From assembly GCA_965242785.1 (NCBI GenBank), contig CBDETA010000001.1, forward strand, positions 79,444-143,443: a DNA stretch of 64,000 nucleotides, read 5' to 3'. Positions 58,754 through 64,000 of this stretch are shown one piece after another. How positions within the stretch are numbered: position 1 is the stretch's first letter; each line of letters begins with the position of its first letter. A model generated the notes under the pieces. It made no database searches, was not told where the DNA came from, and saw only the letters and a list, made by a program, of their open reading frames with translations. Made by a program: the position numbers and the translations under genes. This stretch comes from an uncultured Maricaulis sp. (GTDB taxonomy: Bacteria > Pseudomonadota > Alphaproteobacteria > Caulobacterales > Maricaulaceae).

Positions 58754-59980
58754 ATGCGTCCTGTCTTGTCTGTCACGTCCGGCCTCGTCCTGGCCGCCAT
58801 CCTGTCATCCTGTTCGCCGTCGGCCGAGGAGGCGGCGCCGGATGCCCGTGACATCCATTTCGCCACGCTGACGCTGGACACGCATGTCGATATCGGACCC
58901 GGCTATGGCACGCCGCAACTCGATCCGGGCGAGCACACCCACGCCCAGGTCGATCTGCCGAAAATGGTCGAGGGCGGGCTCGATGCGGCCTTCTTCATCG
59001 TCTATGTGCGCCAGGGCGAGCTTACCGAAGCGGGCTATGCCACGGCGCGCGAAGCGGCCGAGGAGAAATACCGCGGCATCTCCCGCATGCTGGAGGCTCA
59101 TCCCGACCGCATCGCCCTGGCCACCACGGCGGATGAGGTCCTCGAGATCGCGGCCTCGGGCCGTCTGGTGGCCTTGATCGGCATGGAGAATGCCTACCCC
59201 CTGGGTGACAGCGTCGAGGATGTGGCGATGTGGGCCGAGCGCGGCGTGCGCTATGCTTCCATCACCCATTTCGGCAACAACCAGTTCGGCGGCTCGTCCA
59301 ACCCGAACACCGAAGCGGGGGAACCGGTCGAGGATCCGGGCCTTTCCGATCTGGGCCGCGAACTTGTTGCTGCGCTCAATGACCATGGCATCGTCATCGA
59401 CGTCTCCCATGTCGGCAAACGCACCATGCTGGAAGCCATCGCGCTGTCCCGGGCGCCGGTGATGGCCTCGCATTCGGGCGCCCGCGGCGTCTACGACAAT
59501 GCGCGCAATCTGGATGATGAACAGCTGCGCGCGATCCGCGACAATGGCGGCGTCGCCCAGATGGTCGCCTTCCGGCGCTATATCGGCGAGGTGCCGCAAG
59601 CCGTCACCGACGGCCAGCGCGAGCTGGCGGCCCAGCTGGGCCTGGACACGCCGGAAGGTCGCGCCAATGCCACCGACGAGACCCGGGCCGCCTGGCAGGC
59701 CGGTCTGGCCGCCCTGCGCGCCGAACATGGCGATGTCGACATCACGGTGCTGGCGAATCACATCGATCACGCAGTCGCGGTGGCCGGGATCGAACATGTC
59801 GGCATTTCCTCCGACTTCGATGGCGGTGGTGGGGTCGGCGGCTGGGAAAATGCCAGCGAAACCCCGGCCGTCACGGCCGAACTGGTCCGGCGCGGCTATT
59901 CGGCCGAGGAGATCGAGATGCTGTGGTCCGGCAATGTCCTGCGCGTGATGCGCGCGGCTGCTGCCGCGGCTTCAGACTAG
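58754..59980 (+). CDS. Membrane dipeptidase (peptidase M19) lipoprotein
   Basis: Lipobox LSSC; LDTHVD, GMENAY, DVSHVG, ASHSG and GISSDFDGG motifs. Confidence 0.9.
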   Translation: MRPVLSVTSGLVLAAILSSCSPSAEEAAPDARDIHFATLTLDTHVDIGPGYGTPQLDPGEHTHAQVDLPKMVEGGLDAAFFIVYVRQGELTEAGYATAREAAEEKYRGISRMLEAHPDRIALATTADEVLEIAASGRLVALIGMENAYPLGDSVEDVAMWAERGVRYASITHFGNNQFGGSSNPNTEAGEPVEDPGLSDLGRELVAALNDHGIVIDVSHVGKRTMLEAIALSRAPVMASHSGARGVYDNARNLDDEQLRAIRDNGGVAQMVAFRRYIGEVPQAVTDGQRELAAQLGLDTPEGRANATDETRAAWQAGLAALRAEHGDVDITVLANHIDHAVAVAGIEHVGISSDFDGGGGVGGWENASETPAVTAELVRRGYSAEEIEMLWSGNVLRVMRAAAAAASD

Positions 59981-60537
59981 TCCGGGTCCGTCCGCAGGGC
60001 TGACAGTGCCGCCGCGGAACTGGTGAGGATGATCTCGGCAAGCTCCGGCGGCTTTGCGGTGATCTCGGAAAATACCCAAGCGCGGATGAGGCCCAACTGG
60101 CCCTCGGACAACTGTACCGAAGCCAGTGCCACGGGCAGGCCAGCCCGGGCGTCGGCGTCCAAGCGGTCACTGATCTGGCCGGCCAGAATTCGGCAGATCG
60201 CGCGGTATTGGGGTCCGCCGAATGTCGAGCGGGCGACCGCGCGATTTTCCCAGAAATGCTCCAGCAGCTGGGTCAGCGAGCCGGCGTTGCCGCGTCCGGT
60301 CACGGCGTCGGCCAGGTGGGCCAGCGGGTGCGCAATGGCATCGAGATGGATGGCATCGCGGCCGGCATAATGCTCGTAGAATGTTGATCGCCCGACCTGT
60401 GCCCGCTCGATGATGTCAGCCACGGATATCTCTTCATAGCGCCGGGACAGAACGAGACCGTTGAAGGCTTCCAGCAAGGCGCGGCGGGTCCGCAGTACCC
60501 GTCGGTCTGTGGTGGGCGTCGCTTCGTTTCCGGACAA
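59977..60537 (-). CDS. TetR/AcrR family regulator
   Basis: DRRVLRTRRAL...ISVADIIERAQVGRSTFYEHY. Confidence 0.9.
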   Translation of the reverse strand: MSGNEATPTTDRRVLRTRRALLEAFNGLVLSRRYEEISVADIIERAQVGRSTFYEHYAGRDAIHLDAIAHPLAHLADAVTGRGNAGSLTQLLEHFWENRAVARSTFGGPQYRAICRILAGQISDRLDADARAGLPVALASVQLSEGQLGLIRAWVFSEITAKPPELAEIILTSSAAALSALRTDPD

Positions 60538-60647
60538 ATCAGTCTCCCCGTCCGGAACTGGAAGGCGCAGACTTGCCCGTGCCCCTCAATCCGGTGTCTC
60601 AATACAATGACGCATCTGGGCGCCAGATCCAAAACCGGGGGTAGCCA

Positions 60648-61283
60648 ATGAGTACCGATAGCCAATCTTCGACTGAGCGGCGTGCGGCCGGCGCCTTGCT
60701 GCTCGGCTCGGCGTTCCTGGCCGTTCTAGCCATGCTTCACCATCCGTCCTCGGCTCATGGTGGCCCCTCGCTGGGAGGCGGGCTCAGCCTGGGCCAGCTG
60801 GTGCATGGCATCATGCTGGTCGTTCTCACGGCACAGGTCTGGGCCATGATTGTGTACAGCCGGACGCGAGGTCTTGGCGGTTGGGTCTTGCCCGCGCTTG
60901 TTGCCTACGGTGTGAATCTCGTGGCTCATCTGATCGCGGCAACGGTCAACGGTTTCGTCGTTCCTGCGCTGGCTGTGCGTCTGGATTCCGCCGCATCCCA
61001 CGACATGTTCCAGCTGCTCTGGCACACCAATCAGAGCTTTGCCCAAATCGGTGTGCACGCCACCGGACTGGCTTTCGTCTTCTGGTCCGTCGATCTGCTT
61101 GCCCGTTCCCCGCGCGCGCCCCTTCTCGGCCTCGCGGGGCTGGCAGCCGGCCTTGTTCCGTCGATTGCGCTCCTGTCCGGCCATCTGGGCATGAATGTGT
61201 CCGGTGCCCTGATGGTTTACAGCGTCCACATGGTGTGGCTCGCAGCCATCGGTGTGCGGCTTGTTCAACCACGCCAGGGTTAA
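60648..61283 (+). CDS. Hypothetical multi-TM membrane protein
   Basis: About 6 TM segments; divergent from TetR. Confidence 0.7.
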   Translation: MSTDSQSSTERRAAGALLLGSAFLAVLAMLHHPSSAHGGPSLGGGLSLGQLVHGIMLVVLTAQVWAMIVYSRTRGLGGWVLPALVAYGVNLVAHLIAATVNGFVVPALAVRLDSAASHDMFQLLWHTNQSFAQIGVHATGLAFVFWSVDLLARSPRAPLLGLAGLAAGLVPSIALLSGHLGMNVSGALMVYSVHMVWLAAIGVRLVQPRQG

Positions 61284-61402
61284 CCGGTCCTTGCTATCGG
61301 CGGTCTATAACTAATTGTATTTGTGACAAAAATCAGATCGGCTCTTGATCTGGACTTAAATTGCTGCGGGCAGGGTCTCCTCGACGAACGAGGAGACAAG
61401 CC

Positions 61403-61930
61403 ATGTTTCGCAGGCCCAAGAAACTGATCAGAAGCCTCACCCTGGCCGGAATGCTGGGCACGGCGCTGATCGGCGCCGCCTCGGCCCAATCGGCCGATTG
61501 CAGCCGTTACGAAACAGAGCGGGCCCGCTATGTCGGCTATGCCGTTGCCGGCATCATGCCGCATGTCGACGCGATGGCGAGCCAGCGTGGGGTCGCGCGC
61601 GAGGTGGCGACCTTCTACTGGGCCGGATCGCTGATAAGGGCCGGTGACACGGCCAGCGCCAACACCTTGGCCGATCTCACCCTGGCTTCCTCGACCTGGC
61701 CGGGCCAGGCTGCACGGGCCCGCGAGGCGCTGGAGCACATGTTTGCCGAGGACCGCAATCTGCGGGCCGGCTTCCTGGTCGGGCTGATGCTGTCGGGACC
61801 CGGTGAGGGGCAGGACCCCTATCGCGCCCGCGCCTATCTGGCCGATGTCGCCCGGGCCGGGCGCCCCACTGCCCAGGCCTTTCTCGACCTGTTCGACGCC
61901 TGTCATGGCCGCCGCCTGGCCATGCAGTAG
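61403..61930 (+). CDS. Secreted hypothetical protein with a Sel1-like C-terminal repeat
   Basis: GAGGAG SD; signal peptide (ASA-QS); GLMLSGPGEGQDPYRARAYL. Confidence 0.6.
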   Translation: MFRRPKKLIRSLTLAGMLGTALIGAASAQSADCSRYETERARYVGYAVAGIMPHVDAMASQRGVAREVATFYWAGSLIRAGDTASANTLADLTLASSTWPGQAARAREALEHMFAEDRNLRAGFLVGLMLSGPGEGQDPYRARAYLADVARAGRPTAQAFLDLFDACHGRRLAMQ

Positions 61931-61954
61931 GAGCGCTCAGTCGGGCAGGGCCAG

Positions 61955-63709
61955 TCAGGCAGGCAGGGCCGGTGTGCGGCTGACCGTCAGCTCGCGGATC
62001 GCGTCCGCCAGCTCGCGCACCTCGCCCAGCCAGCGGGCATAGGCGCGGGCCTTGCGCGAAATCTTCAACAGGCCCAGTCCGACCAGAACCCAGCCGCCCG
62101 CCATCACCCGCGCAATCTTGCGCACGGCCGCGATGAGTTCGCCGATCAGCGCACTCGCCCGCTGCAGCGCCTGGCTCGCCAGACGGATGAATTGCGCATC
62201 GTCCGCCAGTCCGGGTCCCGGGGCAGCCAGGGTACAGAAATCGAACCCGAAGCCGCGCACCAGATGCAGTGCGCCCGCAGGCGCGCGCAGCTGTGGTGAC
62301 AGGAAAAGCTCAATCCCCGTGGTCACCACCAGGCAGGCATCGCGCACCGCATTGATGGCCTCGCCGGTGAAGGCGAACACCACCCGCACGATACGCCTTG
62401 CCAGCTCGACAATCGTGCCGACGATGCGTCTGACCAGCCGGGCCAGCCAGCCGATCGCCCGGCGGATGCCGTCGAACAGGCGCGAACGGCGCTTGTCTGT
62501 TTCCGCTTCCAGCGCCGCTTCCAGGGCCTCGCCCTCATCGGCCTGCGCGCGTTCCAGCGCCGCGTCCACCAGGGCCTCATTCACCGCCGCATCATCCCGG
62601 GCCCGCGCGATGATGGCCTGGACCGCGGCCAGCAATTGCGGGAAATGCGTCACCGGTTGCGCCGACATCGCCATCAGTGCAAATCGGTCATCCCCCAGCA
62701 TGGCCATGGACCCGCGCTCGGTCTCGTCCGCCGTATCGGCCAGCGTCTCCAGAACCGAGCGGATCGCGGCCGACACCGCGGCGCGCTGATCGGCATCGCT
62801 GCGCCAGTCCCGCCGTGCCTCCATCGGCACGTCCTGGTCCAGCAGCCACATCTCGATGATCAGCACCCGGCCGGCCAGCGCCTCGCCCGCACTGCCGCTG
62901 ACCAGGGCGGCCCCCCGGTCCGGATCCATCCCCGCCAGGGCCTCCAGCAGCGCGTCATGGCGGATCACCAGACGCACCAGCGCGGCATCGTCCTGCGCGG
63001 CCTGGGCCGCCAGTCCCAGATCCGCCAGGGCCCGGCGCAGGCGCTGCAGCGGCCGGACCAGCAGCCGGTCCAGATGCGCCCGCGCCGCGTCGGCATGGCC
63101 GCGCACCGGGCGCACTTCCCAGCGATGGCCGCGGCGCTTGAGCAGGCGAAAGCCCAGCCTCTGCCCGTCCAGCGCATCCAGCGGCGCCGCCCCGATCTCG
63201 TCCGTCACCAGACCCAGCGCATCCAGACGCAGCAGTGCCGCCCGTCTTTCCGCATCGCGCAGCGGCCCCGTCGCCGGTTCCACCTGGCGGCCCAGCGCAC
63301 TGCGCGCACCTTCGAAACTGTAGAGCGCCTGCAATTGCGACCAGGTCTGCGGGCCCAGCCAGGCATCCTCCACGATCCCGGCCTCGCGCTGGAACAGGCG
63401 GATCGCGCCGCGCAGCTCGGCCGTATCCAGCCAGGTCTTCAACGGGGTGCGGTCCAGCGCTTTCGCCTGCGTGCGGTTGAGATAGCCCAGCCGCTCCAGC
63501 CGGTTACGCAGGGCCCGCAACAGCGCCCGCTGGCCGGTCTCGCTCTCCTGGCGCACCGGATCGTCCGGTGCCAGCGGGATCGCCGCTGTCGCCCGCGCGG
63601 CCTCGCGTGAGGTGAGGGCGGTTTCCAGTTCCAGCACGGCCGCGCCCGGCGGCAGCGCCGTGCGCGCGGCGGCCGTTCGGGCATAAAGGGCAGGATAGGC
63701 GTCGGCCAT
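61955..63709 (-). CDS. Hypothetical protein with a PG-binding-like domain and amphipathic helical C-terminus
   Basis: AIRLFQREAGIVEDAWLGPQTWSQL resembles PG_binding_1. Confidence 0.6.
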   Translation of the reverse strand: MADAYPALYARTAAARTALPPGAAVLELETALTSREAARATAAIPLAPDDPVRQESETGQRALLRALRNRLERLGYLNRTQAKALDRTPLKTWLDTAELRGAIRLFQREAGIVEDAWLGPQTWSQLQALYSFEGARSALGRQVEPATGPLRDAERRAALLRLDALGLVTDEIGAAPLDALDGQRLGFRLLKRRGHRWEVRPVRGHADAARAHLDRLLVRPLQRLRRALADLGLAAQAAQDDAALVRLVIRHDALLEALAGMDPDRGAALVSGSAGEALAGRVLIIEMWLLDQDVPMEARRDWRSDADQRAAVSAAIRSVLETLADTADETERGSMAMLGDDRFALMAMSAQPVTHFPQLLAAVQAIIARARDDAAVNEALVDAALERAQADEGEALEAALEAETDKRRSRLFDGIRRAIGWLARLVRRIVGTIVELARRIVRVVFAFTGEAINAVRDACLVVTTGIELFLSPQLRAPAGALHLVRGFGFDFCTLAAPGPGLADDAQFIRLASQALQRASALIGELIAAVRKIARVMAGGWVLVGLGLLKISRKARAYARWLGEVRELADAIRELTVSRTPALPA

Positions 63710-63745
63710 GCGGGCCTCTCAGCGTCCGGCTGTCAGGCCCGGCGT

Positions 63746-64000
63746 CTAGTCGTCCAGACCGACCAGATCCTTGAACAGGTCGATGATCGCCTGACGGCTC
63801 TGGATACCCGCCGTAACCGCCGCCTGGTGCGCCGCGTCCAGCTCGGCGGTCGCAATCGTTTCATCCTCGGCGCGAAACAGGATCGCATCGCCGGAAAAGT
63901 CCAGCACCGTGAGAAAGGCCAGCTTGATGTTGGCATCCGCCTTGGCCGCGTCCAGGATCGCCTTGAACCGGTTGCCATCGGCACCGACGGCGACCGCAGC
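63746..64000 (-). CDS. Hypothetical protein (5'-truncated by window edge)
   Basis: Open frame ...LTVLDFSGDAILF...HQAAVTAGIQSRQAIIDLFKDLVGLDD*; GC3-rich; co-oriented with the PG-binding gene. Confidence 0.65.
   Translation of the reverse strand, partial: AAVAVGADGNRFKAILDAAKADANIKLAFLTVLDFSGDAILFRAEDETIATAELDAAHQAAVTAGIQSRQAIIDLFKDLVGLDD

Noticed and set aside
61280-61297. CtrA box TTAA-N7-TTGC
   Set aside because: Two mismatches in the second half-site; too weak to call

Overview
A GC-rich chromosomal window from a Caulobacter/Maricaulis-type alphaproteobacterium (inferred from podJ followed by tauE and TIGR02186, a class I LysRS, UrcA paralogs, and CtrA/DnaA/GANTC motifs). It is mostly housekeeping and accessory metabolism: rtcB, class I lysS, cytochrome P450, pyrD, MATE, thioesterases, mscS, an Lhr-core helicase/MPE pair, podJ, a MerR(LiuR)-led beta-oxidation operon, thiD, serC, pagL-like, purA, peptidases and regulators. 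I saw no tRNA, rRNA, CRISPR array or classical transposase. The most interesting signals are non-coding or below the ORF cutoff. (1) A ~700-nt ORF-poor segment at 38375-39073 has its own promoter and terminator and is packed with YUCG/GCAA-capped hairpins, consistent with a large unannotated structured RNA; a DnaA-box-like cluster lies just upstream. (2) A 30-codon leader ORF with mutually exclusive antiterminator/terminator hairpins precedes rtcB, i.e. a probable translation-sensing attenuator on an RNA-repair gene. (3) A DUF559 endonuclease gene is bracketed by perfect 28-bp hairpin inverted repeats, and non-autonomous palindromic elements of similar architecture occur elsewhere in the window. 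(4) The beta-oxidation operon has accreted small cassettes, including a chimeric fadJ-head/fadI-tail mini-ORF. All family assignments come from motif recognition by eye, not from database searches.
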